From positions 7,378,001 through 7,442,000 of the forward strand of contig NW_027266279.1 in the NCBI RefSeq assembly GCF_022045235.1: a DNA stretch of 64,000 nt, given 5' to 3'. Of the stretch, positions 53,240 to 63,537 are shown piece after piece. The position numbers and the translations under genes are program-made. Source of the stretch: Haliotis cracherodii. Its lineage: Eukaryota. The first letter of the stretch is position 1; every line of letters begins with the position of its first letter. The notes under the pieces are model-generated. The model made no database searches, was not told the DNA's origin, and was given only the letters and a program-made list of their open reading frames with translations.

Positions 53240-53655
53240 GTTCAGCAGACGGCTCCCTGGAGACATCTGTTGCACAACAAAATTAACTCTAATTTGCAAT
53301 ATATATTCAAAGACTTTTATTGATTTCATGTAACCGTTATCTCTTCAAAATGCATGGAATTATCCTTCCCCACCCTGACACAAGTGTCCTGGAATTGTTA
53401 ACAAAACTAGTGCCTATCCCAGGACTTTAATCTGGAACTATTTCTTATTGTTCATAAGTCAGTAGACATATTTAAATTCATGTCCCATTGGCTCCCACCT
53501 GTGTGTTCTCTGTCCATCGTGTTGTCATTACTTACTTATGTTATCCCACTCATGCATGCAATTGTTGTTACTGTTAGTCCAAAACTGTTAATCCTCCACC
53601 TCATTCAGTCTTGCTTGACAACAGTATAAGGATCTATACTGAAACGTCGCCTTAA
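53240..53655 (+). mobile_element. Penelope-like element 3' relic (decayed GIY-YIG C-terminus, 3' UTR, hammerhead motif)
   Basis: With frameshifts reads SADGSLE-HL..FKMHGII..W-IVNKTSAYP-GL-NLE, resembling PLE LADRFREHL..WIxxLxTxxPxGLN. Confidence 0.5.
53613..53650 (+). ncRNA. Minimal type-I hammerhead ribozyme-like motif (U3-A8 variant)
   Basis: GC-UUGACAA-C-AGUAUA(AGGAUC)UAUACU-GAAA-CGUC^GC. Confidence 0.5.
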
Positions 53656-53859
53656 CAGTATTAACGAAATTGTAATCCATAAAGTGTGTCAACTTTGACT
53701 GAGGAAATAATTCACAAAGAAGTGAGGTCCCTTCTACTTTCCCCTTTTTCGACAGAAGGTCTCGTTCCGCACCGATTTTAGGAATATTCCAGCCAATGCT
53801 CTTCACATGATGCATGCGGAGAACAGAAACCAAGCAAACACTTGAGCCACTCAGCTACC

Positions 53860-54391
53860 CATCTTCCTGAGGCAAGGGCGTTAACTGACTTTAAAAGTCC
53901 AGTTTCCACCCTTGCCGATCTAGGCTGGAATTCATGGGCTCGATTGTAGCGCCACCAATGTCCCTTCTAAGCCTCTCCTATGGACCAATCAGAATCCACC
54001 TCTTGTATCACTTGCATTTGCTTCAAACGAAACAGCGGTGCGCCCAGTCAAGACAATCTGATCGATAAACAAGGTCTATTTTGTGATAAAATGGGTCTTA
54101 AATCGCGAAATGCATTAAATCACGTGAGCACCTTGATCAAAAACATGAAAAGATTTGGGGAAATATCTGTTGACAACGAGTTGGCGGTGCACATGCTTTG
54201 CAAATCCTGCAATCGACCGAAATCTGCACGACACTTTATGAACCGGATTTCGATTTCGTTGCACGATTTTGATTGGATTATGCATAGACTCGTTAGTCCA
54301 GCTAAAATGTAACTCCATAATACCAGGCGAGTTCAGCAAGTGTGGAAACTGGACTTTTAAAGTTAGTTAACTCTCTTGCCTCGGGAAGATG
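53860..54391. mobile_element. Mutator-like non-autonomous element, 532 bp
   Basis: About 58-bp TIRs (CATCTTCC.GAGGCAAG..TTTAAAAGTCCAGTTTCCAC); 9-bp TSD TCAGCTACC / TGAGCTACC. Confidence 0.8.
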
Positions 54392-54582
54392 TGAGCTACC
54401 CTGTTCTGGTTCAATTCCAAATGAGGATCCACATCCAATCTACATTTCTTGACCAACATATACTCTATGAAATCCCTTGTCATAAGAAGAGTCAATTCCA
54501 AGCAACCATCTTAACCACTTGGCCACCTACCTGAGTTGACCTTTCAAATGAGGAATCAATATCAAATCCACATTTCACACCA

Positions 54583-54853
54583 GTTTGTTTGTTTGTTTAT
54601 TTGTTGTTTAATTCGCATTCAGCAACATTCCAGCTTAATGACAGCTGTCTGTAAATAATCGAGTCTAGACAACACTATCCAGTGATTGATATCATGAGCA
54701 TCGATCCACACAATTGGGATACGATGACATGTATCAACCATGTCAGCGAACCTGACCACCCGATCCCCTTAGTTGCATCTTACGACAAGCATAGTCACCT
54801 TTTACAGCAAGCATGTGTTGCTGAAGACCTATTCTACTCTGGATCTTCACAGG
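54583..54853 (-). mobile_element. SINE family B, full length
   Basis: Colinear with the consensus. Confidence 0.9.
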
Positions 54854-55791
54854 ACAAGTAATATTCTATGTGAAGAGTCGAATCCAAGCGAACACCTAAA
54901 CCACTCAGCTAATCCACCCATGTTCACCTTTCACTTATGGAATCAATATAAATATATTTCACACAGGGATATACTATACAGATAGGCAACAGCAAGCAAA
55001 CACCTCAACCACTAAGCCAACCTACCCATGTTCACCTTTCACTTGTCATAGTCTTTCTCCTTTACTCCTCATGTAATAAATTCTCAAGATAAATCTTTAA
55101 ATATTTTAGGAATTTCCGATATTTTGCTTCTTTCCTTCAACCAACAGGCACTACTTGCCAATCTCGGATACCTGCAACTGCAATCTGTATGTCTGCTTAC
55201 CCGATAACAAGCTGCAGGCATAGAAAACACATTGGTGGCAATTTGCCTTTATAAACTTTTGTGAAAACATAGAAACAAATGTAAACATTCCCGGATACTC
55301 TCAAGATGATTCCACTTTTTTAAAACTTGGAACTGAAAAACTGCCGATGCCCCTTTAAGTGGTAGCGAGTTGGCAGAGATTGCGGTAATGCACCCTTGAG
55401 GAATCTCATCCTGACCTGACAATGCATAATGTTGTGTGTGACGGAGTCCTAAACACTACATGTGTTATCAAACCACCACTTACCCTGCCTCACTACCAGC
55501 ATGAACTCTCAGTCAGTAAAATCCCCGTTTACACAACGCCTTGCCTGATACATGTGACTGAGCTCGATACCGGGCTAAATCAATAACAACAGTGAGCAGA
55601 ACATGTGTTGAGTCCTCACAAACCTGCAACAGCCCAATTCAGAGATGGTCAGTTTAAATCAGACCTGAAATTTACAGTTTGAGCTTCATGTGTCCAATCC
55701 TGAATGGAAACATTTGGGGAATGAGAATGTTGCTGTGGAAGCCTCACACACCAACACACACACATGGGGAACACAACACCACGATTCTAAC

Positions 55792-55881
55792 CTGTGCACT
55801 GGTGGGGGAGCTTGTCCGCTGGCAAAATATCCGTTGGATTGTCCGACAGGTCGCTCAGTAACTGGACTCTGTTCGGTCAGT
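55792..55881 (-). CDS. Candidate internal 90-nt exon of an unidentified minus-strand gene
   Basis: Acceptor gtgtgttttag, donor CAG|gttaga, symmetric phase 2/2, open frame LTEQSPVTERPVGQSNGYFASGQAPPPVH, GC/CpG above background. Confidence 0.35.
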
Positions 55882-56754
55882 CTAAAACACACATGGGCTT
55901 CAGTATCCCATGGAGGAACGAATCCATGGACTCAAACCAAAACAGAGGTAGAGGATATGGGCTTGGCTATGTGCCACACATATCCACCAACTCCTGGCCC
56001 ATTCTCTTGCCTCCTGGAACCAATATGGTAATTATTTACAGGAATAGTTCTTTGTCTTTTTATCTTGGGAGTCGTCAGCAGAGGGAGCAACTGTCCGCCA
56101 TTTGCTTGGCTCCACAGACAGGAGCAACTGTTAATAGCTCCGAGTACACTGATAATTGATTCTTCACTGGGAGACTCTGGGACTAGCTGGTCGACTACAG
56201 GATTGCGAGGGCTTCCGTGGTTGCCGTTACTGCCTGCTCTGCTGCTGGTCTGTGCAGACTGGAGGTAAGGGTACTGTCTGAGTACCGCAGGGAGCTACAG
56301 GCACCAGAGAACTGTCATAGCAGTCACAGCACCACAACACTGCCAGCAGAGCGGATCAGAAGAGACTGGCTTTCATAAGTGGGGAATTTATTCTTATACA
56401 GACTGAGACCAAGAATTTAAGTTTGGGCTATTTATAGACCAATAGTCACAGATTTGATTTGGACCATGTGGGTTTCCCACTGCTGTGGAGTACTTGAAGC
56501 ATTTGCAAATTCACACTCTCAATCATTTTACAAATAGGATTTGTTTTAATTGAAATTTTAGAAAAGAAACAGAATTCTGAAAAAATAATTTCATCTGTTT
56601 AAAGAAATGAAGAGATATCGTATCATGGTAATTAGTGTACAGTAAGAAATAGTATTTACATGAGAGACAAAGCCGTGTTTGACAGCATTGTGTCCATCAT
56701 TTTCAAATACATTGTATTACTCTACCATTATGTTCAGTGATATGCATACATAAT

Positions 56755-57230
56755 CCAGGGCCCCGTTCCACGAAGCGATCATAACTACATTCAATCTTAG
56801 AGACTTACGTCGATTCTAAAATTGTCTTAGCTAAAGTTTACAACCGTTCCACAAAGCGATCTTAGGGTGATTGTAACTTTACAAGTTCTTAAGTAGCCGA
56901 TCTTAACAAAGATCGGAATCTTCAGCCATAAAGACACGAAATTTTCCCTTGGAGTGGCCTCCCTTGGTCATGTTTAGCAGACGACACATTTCCTTGCACA
57001 CCAAAAAATAAAAGTCGCCATCTTTGTTGTTATGGTACAATATTTAAGATCGATTTTAGCAATCCTAAGTTGGTCCGGGGCAACTTAGCATTTTGATCTT
57101 AACTTACAACTCTCTTAGTAAAGATTGCTTTGTGGAACGGGCGGCTGATCGTAACAAAAATTTAAGATCGCATACTTAGTGAGTTACTATCAACTTAGCC
57201 CTAAGATCGGTTTGTGGAACGGGGCCCTGG
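56755..57230. mobile_element. PIF/Harbinger-like MITE, 476 bp
   Basis: TIR CCAGGGCCCCGTTCCAC(G/A)AA.CGATC; CAG/CTG (CWG) at the ends; internal TIR copies at 56844 and 57120. Confidence 0.82.
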
Positions 57231-57502
57231 TAAATATGCAATATCACTTGGTTGAAAATAAAACAAAAATATTTACTCTTAAAATTTTGCATGCTGAATG
57301 TTTTGACATTATGCAATGTTAAAACTATCACTTACACACACAGGCTGAGCATATTGGGATAACATAGATGAGAGTGGGGAGATGTGGTTTGTTTGGGACT
57401 GACCTTTTGAAATGTTTCCGCTCCCCCACATGGAACATGGAAATTCCAGACTTGAAAAATATACATCATGATGAGTGGGTCATTGTTTGTTCTGACGGCA
57501 GG

Positions 57503-58096
57503 ATAACTAACGAGTTGTGACAGTAGGGTAAGTAGAGAGTAGTGATAGTAGGGTAACTGGAGAGTTGTGACAGTAGGGTAACTGGAGAGTTGTGACAGTT
57601 GGGTAACTGGAGAGTTGTGACTGTAGGGTCACTGGAGAGTTGTGACAGTTGGGTAACTAGCGAGTTGTGACAGTTGGGTAACTAGAGAGTTGTGACAGTA
57701 GGGTAACTAGAGAGTTGTGACAGTAGGGTAACTGGAGAGTTGTGACAGTTGGGTAACTGGAGAGTTGTGACTGTAGGGTCACTGGAGAGTTGTGACAGTT
57801 GGGTAACTAGCGAGTTGTAACAGTAGGGTAACTAGAGAGTTGTGACAGTAGGGTAACTGGAGAGTTGTGATAGTGGGGTAACTAGCGAGTTGTGACAGTA
57901 GGGTAAGTAGAGAGTTGTGACAGTAGGGTAACTAGAGAGTAGTGATAGTAGGGTAACTGGAGGGTTGTGACAGTAGGGTAACTAGAGAGTTGTGACTGTA
58001 GGGTAACTAGCGAGTTGTGACAGTAGGGTAACTGGAGAGTTGTGACTGTAGGGTAACTGGAGAGTTTTGACAGTAGGGTAACTAGAGAGTTGTAAC
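57503..58096. repeat. Minisatellite, 25-bp unit, about 23 copies
   Basis: AGAGTTGTGACAGTAGGGTAACT(A/G)G; variant block repeated at 150-bp spacing (57611 / 57761). Confidence 0.95.
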
Positions 58097-58454
58097 TCTA
58101 GAGTTCTACATTAATGCCCACCATCTCTCTCATACGGAATAATTAACTATACCCAAATTGATTGCATTGAAACCTAGCAGAGAACTGAATAAATGCTGAT
58201 AATGAAGACCGACAAATTAAGGACTACAAAAGGTTAAGTAGGTTCCCTCGATGTTAAGCAGCAAGTGTATGAATATTAATACACACAGACTATACCGGAT
58301 AGAACAGATCGAGGCATTAGGGGATCTACACAGACCAGTGCCCCAGGGAGTGGTCAGCATGAATGGAGTGGTCAGTGAGGCTGTAGAGGTCAGCTCAGTT
58401 GAATGGGCTACAAACAGGGTAATACTCCAGCTTCTAATGAAGGCCAGGTCGGGT

Positions 58455-59266
58455 CAATCAGCTGCTGGTGGCATTGCAATCAGCTGTTGGTGGTGTTGCA
58501 ATCAGCCGTTGACGGTGTTGTAATCAGCTGATGGTGGCATTGCGATCAGCTGTTGGTGGCATTGCAATCAGCTGTTGGTGGCATTGCAATCAGCTGTTGG
58601 TGGTGTTGCAATCAGCCGTTGACGGTGTTGTAATCAGCTGATGGTGGCGTTGCAATCAGCTGTTGGTGGCATTGCAATCAGCTGTTGGTGGCATTGCAAT
58701 CAGCTGTTGGTGACGTAATCAGCTGATGGTGGCGTTGCAATCAGCTAATGGTGGCGTTGCAATCAGCTGTTGGTGGCATTGCAATCAGCTGTTGGTGGTG
58801 TTGTAATCAGCTGTTAGTGATGTTGTAATCAGCTGATGGTGGCGTTGCAATCAGCTGATGGTGGTGTTGGCATCAGTTGTTGGTGGCGTTGCAATCAGCT
58901 GTTGGTGGCGTTGTAATCAGCTGTTGGTGGCGTTGTAATCAGCTGTTGGTGGCGTTGTAATCAGCTGTTGGTGGCGTTGCAATCAGCTGTTGGTGGCGTT
59001 GTAATCAGCTGTTGGTGGCGTTGTAATCAGCTGTTGGTGGTGTTGTAATCAGCTGTTGGTGGCGTTGTAATCAGCTGTTGGTGACGTTGTAATCAGCTGA
59101 TGGTGACGTTGCAATCAGCTGATGGTGGTGTTGCCATCAGTTGTTGGTGGCGTTGCAATCAGCTGTTGGTGGCATTGTAATCAGCTGTTGGTGGCGTTGT
59201 AATCAGCTGTTGGTGGTGTTGTAATCTGCTGTTGGTCATGTTGCAATCAGCTGTTGGTGGCGTTGC
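58455..59266. repeat. Minisatellite, 22-bp unit, about 37 copies
   Basis: G(C/T)AATCAGCTGTTGGTGGCGTT. Confidence 0.95.
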
Positions 59267-59839
59267 TACTACTGGTTCCATTGACATCATTTAGTGTAGG
59301 ATTTGATGGATAACTCCATAGGGCCCTCATCTAAAAGGATGGTCCGGCAACACACAGCTGGCTTAATTATGTGGGTCACGGACCGGCAGGCTGGGAGATC
59401 CAAGATGAGATGAAGTGGCGTTAGGCTTGATGGTTCGGAGATAGCCATATCTTCAAAATTCATCAAAATCCTTTGTAGACCATTGTGACATCATCTGTTA
59501 CCATGACATCACAATCAAATGACATCACTAATATCTCTGCCGTTCAAGCAAGTAAGCTGAACCTTTCACGCTGAAGATACTTATAATCACTGTTATATAA
59601 CTGTTCACAGATGACGTCACAATCAAATGACATCGTTCATATCTCTTTTCCAATCAAGGCAAAAGTTGGAAGATTGCTTTGGGATGATAAATAGAATTTT
59701 CCCTTTGTGTCTTTAGATATTTAATAGCCTAAGAGTTTTAAACTTTTATGTTGATATATTTTATATGAAAAGACACTTGGGTGAGATTCTCTCTGTGTCA
59801 TTGACATTATCGGACTAGATCAAAACACACTAATGGAAG

Positions 59840-60342
59840 GTTTGTTTGGTTCTTTGTTTGGTTCTTTGTTTGGTGTTTAATGCCTCACTCAGCAATCTTC
59901 CAGCTTTATGAGTGAGTGAGTGAGTGAGGGAGTGAGTATGGTTTTACGCCGCTTTTAGCAATATTCCAGCAATATCATGGCAGGGGACACCAGAAATGGG
60001 CTTCACACATTGTACTCATGTAGGGAATCGAACCCGAATCTTCGGCGTGACGAGCGAACGCTATAACTACTAGGCTACCCGACCGCCCCTCCAGCATTAT
60101 GATGGCAGCCTGTAAATAACCAAGTCGGGACCAGACAATCCAATGATTGATATTATAAGCAATGATCCAGGCCATCGGGCTGCAATGACATGTTATCAAC
60201 CAAGTCACCAGGCTGACCACCAGATTCACTGAGTGGCTAGGGATGACCAGTATTGGATGCTGGGGACCATTTGAAGCCTGGACCCCCACTGGGAGACAAG
60301 CACAGGTTGTTGGGGACCCATTCTAACACATAACCCCCACAG
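59840..60342 (-). mobile_element. SINE family B, old variant with duplicated head, interrupted by SINE-A
   Basis: B tail at 59840-59911, body from 60090; TGGGGACC head twice. Confidence 0.75.
59912..60089 (-). mobile_element. SINE family A nested in SINE-B
   Basis: TSD TCCAGC(T/A)TTATGA (59899-59911 / 60090-60102). Confidence 0.92.
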
Positions 60343-60799
60343 GACACAATAATCACCAAGACTCCAAATCAAATATCTACAGCACTTTGGCAAGTCAGTT
60401 TCTGAAGATGAAGAGATTCCCTAGGATTCTTTTAAAGACAATTTAACACAAAAAATAGTAAAATGTTTTCCCTCTAAACAAAATGTTAGTCTGCAGGGCT
60501 CGGTTTCAACAGATAGGTCAGCCTGTTTTTGTTATTTTCATAGAGGATACAATACAACACATACCTAAAAAAGACTCAATCAGGCATCAATGATAACAGT
60601 CTACAGATCTGTGGCAAGGAGAAGTCATCAAGTCAGCCTCCACACAGTAAGCCCCATTGGAAGAACCCTGTCGGAAGCTGTCAAGCTTTCCTCATCCTCA
60701 ATCTGTGTCAGGGCACTGATTTGTTTTCTAATGAGGAGCCAGGGATACATACAGTCTGAAGACACAGAACTGTCTGATGTCTGTAATTGAGATCCTGTG

Positions 60800-60965
60800 G
60801 GGGCGGTCGGGTAGCCTTGTGGTTAAAGCGGTAGCTCGTCACACCGAAGACCCGGGTTTGATTCCCGACATGGGTACAATGTGTGAAGCCCATTTCTGGT
60901 GTCCCCCGCCGTGATATTGCTGGAATATTGCTAAAAGCGGCGTAAAACCAAACTCACTCACTCAC
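60800..60965 (+). mobile_element. SINE family A, full length
   Basis: 12-bp TSD TGAGATCCTGTG (60788-60799 / 60966-60977). Confidence 0.94.
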
Positions 60966-61015
60966 TGAGATCCTGTGTTTGGAAAGTCTCTGATTTATTC
61001 CAGACTGTACATGAT

Positions 61016-61253
61016 GTTTGTTTGTAGTTTTTCACTGCACTCAGCAATATTCCAGCTATATGATGGAGCTTTGTAAATAATAGTGTCTGGACCAGGCAAT
61101 CCAGTGATTGACATCATAAGCATCGATCTACGCAACTGGGATATGATGACATGCATCAACCAAGCCTGACCACCTCATCCCGTTAGTCACCTTTAACGAC
61201 AAGCATAGTCGCCTTTTATGGCAAGCATGGGTTGCTGAAGACGTACTCTGCCC
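61016..61253 (-). mobile_element. SINE family B, slightly 5'-truncated
   Basis: Colinear with the consensus. Confidence 0.88.
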
Positions 61254-61267
61254 CGTTTGCCCAAACT

Positions 61268-61545
61268 GTTTGTTTGTTTGTTTGTTTGTTTGTTGTTAAA
61301 TGCCGCACTCAGCAATATTCCAGCCATATGATGTAGGTTTCTAAATAATCAAGTCTGGACCAGACAATCCAGTGATTGACATCATGAGCATCAATCTACA
61401 CAATTGGGATATGATGATATGCATCATCCAAGTCAGCCAGCCTGACCATCTGATCCCGTCAGTCACCTCTTACAACAAGCATAGTTGCCTTTTACAGAAA
61501 GCATGGGTTGCTGAAGACCTATTCTACCCCTGATCTTCATGGGTC
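61268..61545 (-). mobile_element. SINE family B, full length
   Basis: (TTTG)n tail through CATGGGTC. Confidence 0.9.
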
Positions 61546-62420
61546 GACCACTTTAGTAGAAGTCATAATCACAGGTGTGGTGCTGACAAACCAAGAACAT
61601 GATCAAACTGAATCCATGAAGATCCTCACCTGTCTGGGGAACACAACTCAAAAACTTAAATTACCTACTTTTAAGAAAATTGTTAAAAAATGGTCAAAAA
61701 GTTCTAAAGAAAACTTAATTCATAAAAAAATCACTTTTTTTGTCCATCACCCTTTTTAAAAATCAACTTGGTTTCAGTTAACTAACAATAAAAACAAATC
61801 TTCAGTGATCGCTAATAAGCATGTCTCAACTCATTATTCTGTCCCGATGAATTCTATTTCCTAGCCGAGAAGAGTGATGTTAGAATTCCTGATTTCCATG
61901 TACGCTTGCTTCCTCATCATAAAACCTGAAACTTTTAAAAGATTCTGCAATGAACTAAAAGCTTGAAGGCTTTTTTTATCAGTATTCACTAAAAGAACTT
62001 TGATATTTTGGCCTACACCTCTTTGATCTTACATCCGACCAAATCCTGTTTTGAGAACAACTGAGTGCACCAATGATTTGACCTCAGGAGGGCTTTTTCC
62101 CTAATCTTTGCAATCTATTATGGTCATTGCATAAACAAGGTCTTCAAAAGTTTAGATATTGGTGGGCTCCAAGAAAAAAACCTTGCCTTGCTTTAAGTTG
62201 CTTAAAACAGGAAGGACAAGCATATTTTTTTGAAATTTGAGGGATTATCTCAAAATGCGAGATATCATTTTTGACAAGAAGTTAGATTTATTCATGTTTG
62301 ATATGGATTTATTCATATATGCACAAAATCAATACTTTTGCTTATCAGACACAAACATAAAAGAAATAATTGCATTTGTAATACCTGCTCTTAAATAGGC
62401 TTGGAAGTTCTCATGCATGA

Positions 62421-62678
62421 GTTGGTTGTTTTTTTTTGTTGTTGTTTAAAGCCACACTCAGCAATATTCCAGCTATATGATGGTGGTCTGTAAATAATCC
62501 ACTCTGGACCAGACAATCCAAGGATTGATATCATGAGCATCAATCCATGCAATTGGGATCGATGACTAAGTCAGCGAGCCACCCGATCCCGTTAGTCGCC
62601 TTTAACGACAAGCATAGTCGCCTTTTACAGCAAGCATGGGTTGCTGAAGACCTATTCTACCCCGGATCTTCACAGGCC
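62421..62678 (-). mobile_element. SINE family B, full length
   Basis: Colinear with the consensus; two small internal deletions. Confidence 0.9.
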
Positions 62679-62780
62679 TGTAGATGAATACTTGTATATG
62701 GTGTCAGTTCATGCATATAATTTTGATTAGCAGGTATCAATGTCAAAAGCTGTTCACTATTTCTATTCTATAAATAACAG

Positions 62781-63131
62781 GGAGTGAGGTTAGGTAAAAT
62801 GGGGTTTAACGTTGTGTCCAAGATTATTGCACTTACATAGTGATGTGCATGCACATGTGTGTGTGTGTGTGGTTGCTTGTACTAGTCTGGCCTGATGCCG
62901 ATTTATAGTGCTAGCTCACTGAGATACCATTCCGCAGTTTATCATGAATTCCCCACTAAGACACAGTATACTGTCTCCGAGCCGACCAGTCCTTGTTTTA
63001 GCCCCTTAATGCCGAGCGCTAGACAACAAGTACCATCTTTTAATGTCTCTGGGTATGACGTGGCCGGGGATCGAACAACGGGCCTTCCGCTCTCCAGGCG
63101 GACACTCTACCACTTGACCACAAAGGCGGTC
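62781..63131 (-). mobile_element. SINE family D (tRNA head + Meta-like domain), most complete copy
   Basis: GTGGTCAAGTGGTAGAG A box, GTTCGATCCCC B box, GTCATACCCAGAGACATTAAAAGATGGTACTTG core, own tail AATCTTGGACACAACGTTAAACCCC (tail fragment also at 14645-14694). Confidence 0.85.
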
Positions 63132-63306
63132 AATAACAGGAAGTGATATAGCCTCCAGGAAGTGGATTTGCAAAATTGGATTTCTAAGTCACTAATTATT
63201 ACAGATTAATTGTTTTTGTTTGTATCCCTCAATTTGAGCTTTGAACATAATTGTGGAGCAGTGCACAGGTGGAAGATGCACACATTAACGCTTGTGGAAG
63301 GGAAGA

Positions 63307-63471
63307 GGGAGTGAGTGAGTATGGTTTTACGCCGCTTTTAGCAATATTCCAGCAATATCACGGCGGGGGACACCGGAAATGGGCTTCACACATTGTACCC
63401 ATGTCGGGAATCGAACCGGGGTCTTGGGCGTGACGAGCGAACGCTTTAATCACTAGGCTACCCGACCGCCC
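63307..63471 (-). mobile_element. SINE family A, full length
   Basis: 16-bp TSD CTTGTGGAAGGGAAGA (63291-63306 / 63472-63487). Confidence 0.95.
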
Positions 63472-63497
63472 CTTGTGGAAGGGAAGAACCTGAAGGA

Positions 63498-63498
63498 A

Positions 63499-63537
<39 letters not shown>
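63498..63537. repeat. (GAT)n microsatellite
   Basis: Direct inspection. Confidence 0.95.

Noticed and set aside
53980-54312. 110-aa ORF
   Set aside because: Lies inside a 532-bp non-autonomous MULE; no transposase motif.
26205-59266. CRISPR-like arrays
   Set aside because: All arrays are head-to-tail repeats without unique spacers, no cas genes, eukaryotic context.
60800-60875. tRNA-Asp-like gene (and other SINE heads) as real tRNAs
   Set aside because: No intact acceptor stem; always fused to a SINE body and tail and flanked by TSDs.
62588-62678. Canonical HDV-like ribozyme in the SINE-B head
   Set aside because: A hairpin followed by CUAA resembles P4-J4/2, but the required P1/P3/P1.1 order could not be built by eye; kept only as an unclassified fold.
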